Assembly: GCA_964016885.1 (NCBI GenBank)
Contig: OZ024740.1
Span: 325,066,001-325,130,000, forward strand
Origin: Eledone cirrhosa
Lineage: Eukaryota
Direction: 5' to 3'
Length of the DNA: 64,000 nt
The translations under genes and the position numbers were made by a program. The notes beneath the pieces were generated by a model. That model made no database searches, was not told where the DNA came from, and saw only the letters and a list, made by a program, of their open reading frames with translations. Of the stretch, positions 41,342-55,056 are shown one piece after another. Within the stretch, counting starts at the first letter, position 1; the number at the start of each line of letters is the position of its first letter.

Positions 41342-42204
41342 ATATATACATATGCATACATTCATACAGAAACACACACACACACATATATACATATATA
41401 CATGTGTGTGTGTATGCATGTATGGTATGTATGTGTATTTGTATGTAGATATATTAATATAAGTGCTCTTAAATCTATAAATTAACAAATATTACCTGAA
41501 CAACGGACTCAATACAAGTTGTTGAGTCAAATATTTATCATAAGATGATTAACATATTTTGAAGGCTGTACAACTATTTGAAAAAGAAAAGGCTTTTGTC
41601 GAAACCTGTATGTATGTAAAGCAGCGAATTGACATGAAGTTTGCGTCTTTGAGAGAAACCTTCCAGTTGCAGATCAATCGTCTAACGAGACATACGGACA
41701 CCTCCGATATATGTATTATGTACTTATCTCCGAGAGGGGGGGGGGGGTAAAAAGGAAGAGAGAAAGAAAGTTTTGAGAAGAAAGAACAAAAGAAAGAAAA
41801 AAAGAAAGAAATAGAGAGAAAGAGGGTGGAGAGAGAAGGGGAGAGAGAGGGAGAGACAGAAAGTGACGGCAACAGAAAGACTGATCGTCAAAGTGAGAGA
41901 TAGAGGCAGACGGAAAACAGATATACTGATAGACAAATAGTTAGAGAGACAGGCGGAGTGATAAGAAAGTCTTATAACAATTTAAGGTGTGAAATATTAT
42001 TTACTGGTCGCCACTGCATCAGTAATTACATTTCAAATATCTGCCAGTTTCAAGTATGTTTTTGTAAGAACTGAATCAGTGAATAATGAATTAAGTTAGG
42101 AATCATGACAGATCAATAACAAAACAATTTAGATAAACGGTTGATTTACAAAGTATAGAGAAAATTTGAAACTTGAAATGTAGTCGCCCCAACGCATATG
42201 ACTA

Positions 42205-42600
42205 TAATAATTCTTTCTACTTTTGGCACAAGGCCAGCAATTATTCCAGTGCATTACTGGTACTTTAATTTATAAACCCCTTAAGGATGAAAAGCAAAGT
42301 TAACTTCGGCGGGATTTGAACTCAGAACGCAAAGGGCCGACCCTCCACCGATACTGCCAATCCACTACCCATATGACTATAATAATGATTTCTACTATAG
42401 GCTCAAAGTTAACCATTTTAGAGGAGGGGAAAATCAACTAAATCGACCCCAGTACGTTACTGATATTTTATTTTATCGACCTTGTAAGGCTGAAAGGCCA
42501 AGCTGACTATGGCGGGATTTGAAATCAGAACGTACAGAACCGTAATTCTATGCCATGAAGCATTCGGTCAGAAGCTCTACCGATTCTGTCAATCCACCAC
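42205..42600 (-). mobile_element. Two tandem tRNA-derived SINE copies
   Basis: Same family as 15.2-15.8 kb; ATGA(C/T)TATAATAAT recurs at all three junctions (TSD-like). Confidence 0.8.
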
Positions 42601-43077
42601 TTATGATTATAATAATATTCGATTACTATCAATGATCGTTGAGAAAATCGGCTAAAATAAGCCTGGAGACGTACACAATGTCGACTAAGAAGCCTTAGGG
42701 TTCAGTCCGTTGCTAACATCTCTGTATGTTTTCCCTCATTCGTGGGGTGTTTCACCCGATTTTCTTAACTATGATTTATAGTGGGCAATTATTATTAGAG
42801 TCATTTACCTTTGGTCCACTACAGTTGAAATTGCAATTTCGATGAGATTCTAATAACATAATACCAAGAACAGGAAATTGGTATATCTACCAGCGATCAA
42901 TGTGACTCATCATCGACGAAGACTGAAGTTATTGGGAAGGGTTCGATTAGCATGAATATATTTTAGTTTATTATGTTTACATATTCTGGGTAATTGGTTT
43001 CTTACAAAGTAGTTACTGCAAAATAAGACATCACTGTGAGGTAGTGATATTTTTCAATTGTAATATTACAGGCAGTA

Positions 43078-43265
43078 TTGGTGGTTTGGCAGTATCGGCT
43101 GAGGGTCTGACGCCATGCTTTGCAGTAAAGAGTTACGGCCCTTTATGGCCTGAGTTCAAATCCCGCCGAGGAAAATTTGCCTTCCATCCTTACGAGGTTG
43201 ATATAATAAAGTACCAGTAATACATTGGAATAATTGCTGGCCTTGTGCCAAATGTAGAAACAATA
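43078..43265 (+). mobile_element. tRNA-derived SINE
   Basis: GGTGGTTTGGCAGTATCGG ... GAGTTCAAATCC ... GGCCTTGTGCCAAATGTAGAAACAAT. AATATTACAGGCAGT occurs at ~43062 and ~43262. Confidence 0.85.
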
Positions 43266-45396
43266 TTACAGGCAGTTAGATTTTGCATTTAATTCCGCAA
43301 ATACTTAACTGGTACTTTATTTTATTGACCCCGAAAGAATGGCAGACAAATTTGACCGCGGCGTTACTAAATATCACACAGCTTTTTTTCGGCGCTCTAT
43401 CGAGTCTGCCTGGTTCTCATAATAACAATAAATATTTCTTGCAAAAACACAACGACAGGCATTTGTGGGGAAGGGGAGTATCGATTATATTGATCAGAGG
43501 GTTTGATTTATGCTTCATTTTATCAACGTCGTATGTATAAGATATACAGAAGGCCTCAGCAGCATTTGAAATGGGAATGTCTTCAATGCATTGGTAAGCA
43601 AGAATGGGCGTTAACATGATTGTGGGGTTAAAGAGTTTGCCTCACAGCCATGTGATCCGGGCTTCACTCTAACCGGGCGGCACCTTGAGCATGCGTCATT
43701 TACTTGTGAGTGGAATTTGGCAGATGCAAACTGCAAAAGTCTATTTCATATATATATATATATATAACCTAAACCAGTAAAAGAATACTGTTGTCGATAT
43801 GATTGACTAAATAAAAGCAGTGGCCCAACGTGGTCGCAGTCTAATGACTGAAATCAGTAAAAACAGTACTGTAGTTGACAAGAACGACTAAATCAAGGCG
43901 GTGGACCAACATTGCTACTGTCTAATGATCGGAACCATTAAAAGAGTACCGGGGCCGATATGATCGACTAAATCATGGCGGTGCCTCAACATGGTTGTTG
44001 TCTAAAGACTGAAACCAGTAATTGAATGGTAAAAGAAATGAAGATAATGAACGTTTGGAAACAAGAAAGTTGAATTTACAGTGTAGAACTAATGTTCCAG
44101 CTTGGAATGGTATTATTCTTGTGTTTACCTTGGAGTCTTCAGTGGCAATATAGCGTTCTTGGCTTAACTTCCTGACACAGCGTTCTTCAACTACTTCTTC
44201 CGGTTATGCAGTTTACACACTGTCCAATAACTATTTCTGCTTTAATTACAGTAATGGATCTCAGTTGGTCTCGACGAAGAGTGTTCCAGTTGTACGGTCG
44301 ACGGAAATGTTCACTTGTTAAATTAAACTGAAATTACACACGCATAACACACACATACACACACATACACACACACTCACATACACACACAACATACACA
44401 TACGTGCACACACATGTATACATAACACGTTTCTGGATCAATAAATTATGTACCAATCCTCTACTGGAATCGATCCCTTTCTTGTTCTCTTTCCTTCTGT
44501 TTCCGATAGTTTTATGACTATTAAGCGACTGGTAGATAACACTAGTACTCTGGTGCTTACTGTCATTTGAGTGAACTGAAGCAAAGGACTGGTCAAACCT
44601 TGGGGATTATTAGTGGGGGATTAGCGACAGAAAGGACACCCACTGCAGGGCCGTTAAATGATTGAAAATCAATGGCTACCCGGGTAATGACACCGATCAT
44701 TTGCCTGTTAACTTTTAGCCGACACTGGTATTCTGGTACTCATTTTCAGCTGAGTGAACTGCAGCAACATAAAATGAAGTTGTTGGGTCAAGGAAAAACT
44801 CATCACCTTATCTGAGAATCGAATCCGCTACATTACGAACAGGACCCTAACGCTGTAACCATTAAGCTATCAACCTTCGGATATATATGTAAATCGTATG
44901 AATTCAGTGTCACGTGTATTAAATATTCAGATTTTTGTGTTCATTCAAGCAAATTTTCAGTATATCTGCGTATTACTCTTCCTCTTTAACAGTAATTAAT
45001 TCAGGGGCAGGATATGTTGTGTACAGATTAGAAACTGTATCGTATTTGATTATAGCATCTGTTTTCTCTTATGATGAACTTCCGGAAGATGGGATTCCTA
45101 GTCCCAGTGGTACTCACGTTATTTTCTTTTTGTTCATATCCTATCTACGTGGTGTACGTATTTATATTCCACACACAGACACACACACACACATACTAAT
45201 ACACATACATGCACATAAATATATATGATATATATATAATATATATATACTGTATATATACATTTATATACATATATACCCATACATAAGTATATATATA
45301 TATATATACATATACATATGTAAATATATATATATACACATATATAAATATATATATATATGTGTATATAAATGTATATAAATCTGTATGCATTAT

Positions 45397-45455
<59 letters not shown>

Positions 45456-45466
45456 TATATATATAC

Positions 45467-45500
<34 letters not shown>

Positions 45501-45894
45501 TTATGTATTGTATTTCAGTGCACTTAAATTTCCCAACCTTTGGGGCCACGAGAGTGTTTTCCACAGCTGTTAACCCTCACATATATAACCTAATATTTAC
45601 CTCTATTTTAAGTCGCTCATCGTCTTTTTCTTCACTAGGCCCTAATTATCATATATTGTTGGAAACATTTGAAACAATTTACAAATCACTAGCAAGTAAA
45701 AGTTAATTTCTATCTCTTAACATTCTGAAAATTCGACAGATGAATCTGCAGTTACTCGCATAGCCAGAATTTAACCAATTTTTTTAAAATTCACTCTGCA
45801 TCTGGCATTGTGAATTTGAGCATACACCAATGTGCAATATTGCAATATCAATGAAGAAGAAGAAGAAGAAGAAGAAGAAGAAGAAGAAGAAGAA

Positions 45895-45926
<32 letters not shown>

Positions 45927-45934
45927 AGAAGAAG

Positions 45935-45974
<40 letters not shown>

Positions 45975-46059
45975 GCAGGAGCAGCAACAACAGCATTTTG
46001 CTGTGTACCTACCTTTAAGTTTGTCTCGAGCCCGGAGGCTCATCATGCTATTCGCGTGA

Positions 46060-46285
46060 CGTGGATGAACTGAGAGTACAAGTCCTCTCGCTGGACGGGA
46101 CGCCAGTTCATCGCAGGGTTAAATCCCCAGCCATTGCTGGTACTCATTGTCAGCTGAGTATACCTGAGCAACGTGAAATGAAGTGCTTTGCTCAAGACCA
46201 CAACACGCAACCCAGCCCAGGGATCAAACCCACGACATTATGATCGTAAGTCCAACACCCTTACCACAGGGCCACGCGCCTCCAC
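46060..46285 (-). mobile_element. tRNA-derived SINE with a CORE-like box
   Basis: Minus strand reads GGCGCGTGGCCTGTGGTAAGG (A box), GGTTTGATCCC (B box) and GTGGTCTTGAGCAAAGCACTT. Confidence 0.7.
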
Positions 46286-46489
46286 CGTACCTACCTTTGG
46301 TATTCTGTTATTGTCTGGAAAGAAGTGTGTAATTATATAGTTGTATTTTAGTGATGTTTGGTCCCACTACGTGAGATCTTGGGTACTCTCATTTACCCCA
46401 ATCTCGCGTTGACCCAAGTCTTTTGAATGAAATTGATCAGATAGAAACTACATGGATGCTCGTGGGATGGACTTGCAATGACCAGTCTC

Positions 46490-46850
46490 GTCACACATTG
46501 TACCACTGTACTGAATTGTACACATTGTACTGAATCTCCCTGAGAATTACGTTTAGGGTACACTGTCTGTGGAATGTTCTACCACTTACACTATAATAAG
46601 ATTGTCTGTATCTGTAATTCAAAAGGCCAGCCATGGCAAACACTGTACCACGCTGAATCTCCCTGAGAATTACGTTTAGGGTACACAATCTGTGGAATGC
46701 TCTGCCATTTACACTATAATAAGATTGTCTGTGTCTGTAATTCAAAAGGCCAGCCATGTCATACACTGTGTCACGCAGAATCTCCCTGAGAGAATTTTGT
46801 TAAGCGTACACGTATTCGTGGAATGTTCGGCCACTTACGCGTTAATTTCA
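46490..46850 (+). repeat. Tandem ~120-bp repeats of a SINE 3' half
   Basis: GAATCTCCCTGAGAATTACGTTTAGGGTACAC..GTGGAATG repeated three times. Confidence 0.7.
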
Positions 46851-47186
46851 TGAGGAATGTGTTTCGAACAATTGGACCCTTATCGCTAAAACTGACGGAG
46901 ATCCATTCGATTTGGCAGTTAATGCTTTTGCTGTTTAGCCCTAGGACACCACTGACCTAATCAGACACTATGATCAAAGACATTCCAGTAGTAACTATAC
47001 CGTGTCTGATAAAAGCTATTGTGGCAATAATGGTCGATGACGAGGGTGATGGAGGAGGTGTTGTGGTGGGGAGGGGGCTATTTCTGAGCCACGTGTGGAA
47101 TTTCCTGCCAATTCTTGGACGATGCAGTCATTGCATGGAGACATTCGAACCACAGGAATTTCTTTTGTTTGAAAGGAGAGGTGTAT

Positions 47187-47530
47187 ATATTTCAGTATAC
47201 ATATATGGAGAGGGGGTGCGTGCGTGTTTGGGTGTATGAATGTGTGTGTGTATGTGTGTGTGTGTGTGTGCGTGCGTGATATTTCAGTATGCATATATGG
47301 AGAGGGGGTGCGTGCGTGTTTGGGTGTATGAATGTGTGTGTGTATGTGTGTGTGTGTGTGCGTGCGTGATATTTCAGTATACATATATGGAGAGGGGGTG
47401 CGTGCGTGTTTGGGTGTATGAATGTGTGTATTTATGTGAGTGTGTATGTGCGTGCGTGATATTTCAGTATACATATATGGAGAGGGGGTGCGTGCGTGTT
47501 TGGGTGTATGAATGTGTGTGTGTATGTGTG
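47187..47530. repeat. 90-bp minisatellite, 4 copies
   Basis: ATATTTCAGTATACATATATGGAGAGGGGGTGCGTGCGTGTTTGGGTGTATGAATG at ~47187, 47279, 47369 and 47459. Confidence 0.9.
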
Positions 47531-49350
47531 TGTGTGCGTGCATGTGTGTGCGTGTGTGCGTGTGCGCGCGTGTGTGTGCGTGTGTGCATGGGCGTCTCTG
47601 TGTGTGTGTGTGCGTGCGCGTGTGTGTGTACGTGTACGTTTTTGGTTGCATTTGCGAGAAGAGAAATGTGTATGTGTGTTTATGAATTTGTGTTTATGTG
47701 CATATCTGTGTGTATATATATATATATATATATGTGCGTGTGTGTTTGTGTATGTGTGATTGTTTGTATCTATGTGTGTGCATGTATATGTATGTGTGCG
47801 TTTGTGCATGTGTGATTGTTTGTATGTATGTGTGTGTGTGTGGTGTGCTTGTATGTTTGTATGTCTGTGTGTTTGTGTATTTGTGTCTGTATGTTTATGT
47901 CTATGTGTGTTAGTGATTTGTGTACATGTGATTTGTGTAATATTTGAGTGTCTATATGTATATGTATCAGCGTTTTGTGTATGTGTGTTTGTGTGATTGT
48001 GTGACTGTATGTCTATGTATTTGTGTCTATGTTCGTGTTTCTATGTTTATGTGTATGTATGTTTGTGTGTCTGTATTTCTGTGTATGTGTGTGTGTGTGT
48101 GTGTCTGTGTATTTCTGTGTCTGTGTATTTGTGTCTGTGTGCCTGAGTTTCTGTGTGGTTGTGTGTGTTGTGTGCGTCTATGTTTGTGTGTGGTTGAGTG
48201 TGGTTGTGTGTGGTTGTGTGTGGTTGTGTGTGGTTGTGTGTGGTTGTGTGTGTCTATGTTTGTGTGTGGTTGAGTGTGGTTGTGTGTGGTTGTGTGTGTC
48301 TATGTTTGTGTGTGGTTGAGTGTGGTTGTGTGTGTCTATGTTTGTGTGTGGTTGAGTGTGGTTGTGTGTGGTTGTGTGTGCCTATGTTTGTGTGTGGTTG
48401 AGTGTGGTTGTGTGTGGTTGTGTGTGTCTATGTTTGTGTGTGGTTGAGTGGGGTTGTGTGTGTGTTTCCCTGTGTGTGTGTCTATGTTTGTGTGTAGTTT
48501 TGTTTGTATGTCTATGTTTGTGTGTGGTTGAGTGTGGTTGCGTGTGTTTCCCTGTGTGTGTGTCTATGTTTGTGTGTAGTTTTGTTTGTGTGTCTATGTT
48601 TGTGTGTGGTTGAGTGTGGTTGTGTGTGTGTTTCCCTGTGTGTGTGTCTATGTTTGTGTGTGTCTATGTTTGTGTGTCTATGTTTATGTGTCTATGTTTG
48701 TGTTTCTGTGTGTCTGTGTGTATGTGTTTCTATGTTTCTCTGTGGTTGTGTCTATGTTTCTATGTTTCTGTGTGTCTGTGTGTCTGTGTGTCTGTGTGTC
48801 TGTGTGTCTGTGTGTATGTTTCTATGTTTCTCTGTGGTTGTGTATGTGTGTCTGTGTGTCTGTCTTTCTGTGTGTCTGTGTGTCTGTGTGTCTGTGTGTA
48901 TGTGTTTCTGTGTGTCTGTGTGTCTGTGTGTATATGTGTATGTGTTTCTGTGTGTCTGTGTGTCTGTGTGTATATGTGTATGTGTTTCTATGTGTCTGTG
49001 TGTATGTGTGTATGTGTGTATGTGTGTATGTATGTGCGTGTGTGTGTGTGCTTCTGTGTGTCTGTGTGTTTGTGTGTTTGTGTGTCAGCGTATTTGTCCG
49101 TGTCTTTGTTTTCGGGTGTTACTATGTTTGTGTATGTGTGTTTGTTGTGTGTCAGCCTGTGTGTCTGTATGTCTCCGTGTCTGTCAGCCTGTGTGTCTGT
49201 GTGTCACCGTGTCAGTCAGCCTGTGTGTCTGTCAGCTTGTGTGTCTGTGTGTCTGTGTGTCTGTATGTTTGTGTGTCAGTGTGTCCGTGTCTTTGTGCTC
49301 GGGTGGTGTCTCTATGTTTATGTGTCTGTGCACTTGTGTTTATCGTTGTC
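47530..49350. repeat. Long degenerate (TG)-rich compound microsatellite and minisatellite tract
   Basis: Higher-order units GTGTGGTTGA, GTCTATGTTT and GTGTCTGT; source of the spurious 300-aa ORFs. Confidence 0.9.
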
Positions 49351-50581
49351 GGCCATCTTACAAGTGTTTACACACCAAACATCAAACATCAAACGTCAAA
49401 CGTCATCTCGGTCATTCAGTCATGTTATTGTTGTTTTCTTCTTCCACGACCTGTTTACAATCTCCATTCAGGTCTTACATTTTTCCTGCTTGGTGGACTG
49501 TATAATTTGCGGATGTATATATTGTAAATAATTGATGGCTGCAGTGTGTATAATTTGCAGATGTATATATATATTGTATAGATTTGATGATTGAGATGTA
49601 TAATTGGTAGTTGTATATATATATATATATATATATATATTGTATAGAATTGCTTGTTTCCGTTTGTATAAATTGCGTTTATATAAATATATTGTGTATT
49701 GTGGAGTGTATGATTGGCGAATGTATATATTGTTGATTAATGGTTAAAGTGTGTATTTTGTGGAACTATATATGTTCTATATGATGTATACGTTTTGTTG
49801 AATTGTTGGTTGTATTTTGTTATTTACGGATGTATATATCGTGTAGAATTGATAGACGTATGTGTATAATTTGCGGATGATTATACATTCTGTATAATGT
49901 GCATATTTTGTATAATTGATGAAGTATGATTTGGTCAATTAGTTGCAAAAGTCACATTAGTCTTTGTTATTGCTATATGAATCATGGATTTCCTCTGCCT
50001 GTATTTCGTGCTGTTGGCCATATTAATGGAATATCAACATATTACTCAAACCTTAGATATGCATATTAATAATTGCTTATTTTCGTTGACTAATATTTTA
50101 GGGTTAATTAACCCAATCACATACGGAAAACTCAAGTGTAAACATGGACTATTCTGGGAAATTTCCTGGATTCTGGGTTTTGGTTTTGACTGACTTGATT
50201 TTTTTTTTTTTTTTTCCTTTTTCGCTTCTTAAATATGGGGGAGAAGCTCTCAGACACCCCGATCACATTCTTCTATTGCAATCTCAGATTTCCACAATCT
50301 CTCATCATTTTGAATTGTCATCTAGTAATTTTTTTTTTGTCATACAAGCACCATATAAGCACCGGTAAGCTTTTCCAACCTCCAGATCTGTGTAGTCCAG
50401 TGGCTTTCAGAGAGCCAGATTAAATTCAACCCCTTGCAATCCCAGGTTTCCTAAATTATCTCCAAATCTAAAACAGTAGCTATTTTTACTTTTGTACCTT
50501 GTTAATTCTTGATCGGTCTTTTCCAACTTTTCAAACCTCAATAAATGTATAGTCCAAACAGGGGTTATGTCTGAAGCGTAC

Positions 50582-50618
<37 letters not shown>

Positions 50619-50695
50619 CACTAATGCTAATAATATTATTTATATTTATATATATATACTTATATATGAGTTATATATAATTATAAATATGAAAG

Positions 50696-50744
<49 letters not shown>

Positions 50745-51112
50745 CGTACAGTGTAGTTGGGTGTATTCCATTTCATATACAGTCGCACACCAAAGCATTA
50801 AATCTCTTAACATATTAACTGTATTAACAAAGAACTGAATTACCGCTTTAATTACAATCGTCTTTTTGTGTTGGAGACTTATTATGCCTTTAACAATTGA
50901 CGAACGAGTTAAATGCAAACTTCAAAAATTGGATTGAGCAAAGAGCCACTGGAGTGGGTCCCCAGATCACCTGACCTGTCTCCGATGTTCTCGGATATCA
51001 TCTATAGTGATCCGCTATTATCCGACTGTTATTAGAGTATGGGAGTTATTCCTGATGATTTCACCCGTTCGGATCTAGCTGTCGAAACAGCCGGAGTGCA
51101 GCCGTCTGGGTA

Positions 51113-51200
<88 letters not shown>

Positions 51201-51212
51201 CATATGTATTTA

Positions 51213-51620
51213 TATAGTGAAATAAAATAACAAGGACGATTGGTTACTCCTCCATTACGTTTATTGGTTACCAATAAACGTAATGAAGGAATAACCAATC
51301 TTCGTTGTTATTTTATTTCACTATAATTGTTTCTGCTTTTGGCAGAAATCACCCAGTATATTACTGGTACTTTATTTTATCGACCCCGTAAGGATGAAAG
51401 GCAAAGTTAACCTCGGCGGCATTTGAACTCAGACCGTAAAGGGACGTAACTATGCTGGAAAGCATGGCGTCCGACTCTATAACGATACTGCTAATCCACC
51501 ACCCTTTATTTCACTATAATACACTCTGTCTAGCTCTACACCTCGGCACTGAAGCGAACCTAAACATCGAGTTCTCACCCGGGTGAACCTACAGTAACTC
51601 CACGTTATACACTCCCTGGT
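51213..51620. mobile_element. Fold-back element of the same family as 54856-55012, interrupted by a SINE
   Basis: Arms 51213-51268 and 51270-51325; the extension 51521-51620 resumes after the SINE; TA-rich flanks. Confidence 0.75.
51328..51504 (-). mobile_element. tRNA-derived SINE with a 16-bp target-site duplication
   Basis: TTTATTTCACTATAAT at 51312-51327 and 51505-51520; A and B boxes on the minus strand. Confidence 0.9.
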
Positions 51621-51762
51621 TATATATATATATATCCCCTCTCTCTCTCTCACTCACTCTCCCTCTCACTCCCTCTCTCCCTCGCTCGCTCTCTCTCTCT
51701 CTATATATATATATATACTCACTCTCCCTCTCACTCCCTCTCTCTCTCGCTCTCTCTCTCTC

Positions 51763-51797
<35 letters not shown>

Positions 51798-52011
51798 GGA
51801 GATATATAGAGAGAGAGGGAGAGAGAAAGAGAGAGAGAGGGAGAGAGAGCGAGAGAGAGAGAGGGAGTGAGAGGGAGAGTGAGAAAGAGAGAGACATACA
51901 TACATACGAATAAATGCTTATTTATTGGTTTTACTGATAAACAAATTATACCATGTGCTGAAGTTCGAACTGATATACAGTGAATAGAGTCAATATGGTA
52001 AGTGTATCGAA

Positions 52012-52114
52012 CGGTGACTGTTTATATCGAAGATTCGTCGACGTTGGGGACTTAGCAAAATAGAATATTTTGAAAAGCCACCAACATCGGTGAAACTTCG
52101 AATAAGCAGTCACC
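52012..52114. repeat. Imperfect hairpin, MITE-like
   Basis: GGTGACTGTTTATATCGAAGATTCGTCGACGTTGG versus CCAACATCGGTGAAACTTCGAATAAGCAGTCACC. Confidence 0.6.
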
Positions 52115-52579
52115 ATTTCTAATAGTTAAATATAACTGTATTTGTTTTTATATTCTGGAAATTCACTGACTGACTGCCTGGCGCTATATATTAACAAATC
52201 CTGGACTTTGAACTGTATTAAATTCCCTTGGTGTCAACGAACAAAACAAAAACAAACAAAACAATATTGTCTGCTCCAGTGAACTCTCACACATTATCCC
52301 ATTCACCGCAGACACCACCTACACCCTCTCTCTATATCACTGTATCCCACCTCCTATTCTTAAACCAAATATTCTGTTTTGTCTCTCAGAACAATAATCC
52401 CGCAGGAATTCCTATATATGCCTCATGTTTCATATCAAACAACGCCATGTTCTGATTCACACTGAACATGAATCCAACTCATTTTCAAATTGTTGTAGTC
52501 TTCCTCTTCCACCTCCATCATCCCAGAATCGCTGACCTGAAAAACCTTACACACCCTAATAATTTGTGTCCGACACCCT

Positions 52580-52793
52580 ATTAATAATTGTTTCTAGCAT
52601 AGACACAAGACCTGTAATTTTTGGAGAGGGAAAAATCAATCAAATCTACCCAGTACTTTACTGGTATTTCATTTTACCGATTTCAGAAAGGCAAAGTTGA
52701 CCCCGGAAGGATTTAAACTCAGAATATAAAGTTTTGTAACTAATGCCACAAAGCATTTGTACGATATTCTAAAGATTCTGCCAATCCACCGCT
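52580..52793 (-). mobile_element. Degenerate tRNA-derived SINE
   Basis: Tail TAATAATTGTTTCTAGCATAGACACAAG, body ACTGGTATTTCATTTTACCGA, head CTGCCAATCCACCGC. Confidence 0.7.
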
Positions 52794-53900
52794 CTTCTGT
52801 CGCACCAGTAATGGTTTCTGATTTAATCATTTCTTTGTTGATATTATCTATTTGCCGGTCGCAACTCCTAGCAGAATAAGCCAAGTGAAATGAAGTATAT
52901 TGCTCAAGAATGTAATGAGAGGCCTAGCGGCCTAGTTCAGGAAACAAACTCATGATGTTGTGATGAATCATGAATCCAAGACCCCAACCCCTATGTTACT
53001 CAAAGAGGGAATAGTATTTGATAATTTTTTTTCCTTTGACCCTTGAAGAATGAAAGACAAAGCCAATTTTAGGAGGTTTTAAACAAACCTAAGTAACATA
53101 CCAAACATTTTATATGGCACTCTATATAATTTTATTATTTAATCGTTAGAGCGTCAGGCAAAAAGGTTTTTATTCTTTCTTAGTATACTCTGAATCCCAA
53201 ACCCTCTAACGGTAACTTTACCTTTCATTCTTCTGGGGAGGATAAAATTAAGTGCCATTCAATTACTGGGGTAGATTTAATCGACATTCTCCAAACTAAC
53301 GGCCTTTTACAACATTTAAACAAATTATTAGTGGCTGGTGAATTGGCAAATTGTTCAAACTCTTTACGTACTGTCTTACTTCAAATCCCACCAAAGTCAA
53401 TAAAATAAAACACCAGTCTAGTACTGGTGTTGATTTAATTGACTAAGGCCTGTCACCAAATTTCTCACCTTATGCATATATTAGAAGTTCTTATAAAGAA
53501 ATGAGAAAGGGGCAAACAACATCTTAAAATAGAATCATCAGGTTCTATGGTTAGGATGTTAAACTCGTCTCGAATTCATGCACCTGACAGCAAGTTGTGT
53601 TCTTGAAAAAGAGGTTTCATGTCACGTGGCTGGAGCCCACACGGCAAAAAAGAATGAAAACCAGTAACCACCGGGAATTGACGCCTGCAACGGTCTGGTA
53701 TTCGATCCAGGGGTTGTGGGTTTTTTCAGGATAATATTGGGCTTCTCATGAACCCGGGGGGGGGGGGGGCTTCCTATCAGATACAGTCTCGTTAGAGGTC
53801 CACTAATCCTGCATATGTGTGAACTGTAACAACTTATATACGTACAAACATATTTACATACATCATCATCGTTTAACGTCGTCCATTTTCCGCGCTCGCT

Positions 53901-53965
<65 letters not shown>

Positions 53966-54058
53966 GGGTCAATTTTACGACCTTTCAGACCTTTATTAGC
54001 TGGCAGGAGGTTGTATATTTTGTCGTTCCTGGGACGTTTAGCCCTAGGAAGGGAAAAT

Positions 54059-54141
54059 GCTTCTCTGATGAGCTTTGGTTTTCCATCATAAATCCATCGG
54101 ATTTCTGGGGTTTTACAAAGCGAAACTGATCAGTAAGGGCC
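54059..54141 (+). ncRNA. Type I hammerhead ribozyme in a solo 260-bp insert (53963-54222) between (TA)n tracts
   Basis: GCTTCT-CTGATGA-GCTTTG..CAAAGC-GAAA-CTGATCAG-TA-AGGGCC. Stem III is the perfect palindrome ACTGATCAGT. Confidence 0.82.
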
Positions 54142-54220
54142 ACTAGAAGAGGTAAATATTTATATTATATTTTTTAATGTATTTTGAAAAATTGATTGAA
54201 TTTTACTTGTTCTGCTTATC

Positions 54221-54309
<89 letters not shown>

Positions 54310-54780
54310 GCTATGAAGCTGGTTGAGTTCTTCCGCGAATTCCTTTGTTTGAATTCAACTACCAAAATCATGTATTATGGTCTCCGAGAAATTCTTCCTC
54401 TTTTCATTAGAGGTGGAATGGGGAACTGCAGTCAACTGCTAGATAGCTTATCCAGTAGTGACGGCTAGCTCTCACCGCACGGAACTTATTGTATAATGTT
54501 GGGAAATCCCGCTGAAGAGTGTAATAGCCCGATTACGTAAATATCCACTGATTTTACGTGATTTTCTGAAGATTGCAGAAGTAAAATCAGCCCGATCGTC
54601 CAGGGTAAGGCTATTTATACCAATCTGTAACTAAAGACAGCCAACTCACTACAGTAAACCAAATATGTGCACTCTAAACAGTTGATTTGAGCTGTATAAC
54701 TGCAATTCGCCATATTCATTGAGTGAACTAGACACTGGCAGGGGGCGTTGTATTTATACCAGCGATCTTCGTTACTTTTG

Positions 54781-54855
<75 letters not shown>

Positions 54856-54872
54856 CCATTAACATTACAAGG

Positions 54873-54957
54873 GGTCTGACGAGCCGCGGATTACAGAGTC
54901 GGGTCAGATCGATACAGAACGCACCTTGAGCTGATAAGTGGCGAAACGCGCGTCACC
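54873..54957 (+). ncRNA. Type I hammerhead ribozyme in a solo ~155-bp insert (54856-55012) between (TA)n tracts
   Basis: GGT-CTGACGA-GCCGC..GTGGC-GAAA-CGCGCG-TC-ACC. Palindromic stem III ACGCGCGT, GUC triplet, AATAAA just downstream. Confidence 0.82.
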
Positions 54958-55006
54958 AACCAATAAAGGTAATGAAGGAGTAACCAATCGTCCTTGTTAT
55001 CTTATT

Positions 55007-55056
<50 letters not shown>

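Noticed and set aside
50948-50990. EWVPRSPDLSPM resembling the Tc1/mariner WPxxSPDL motif
   Set aside because: Only ~12 codons with no TIRs or extended frame; at most a tiny relic.
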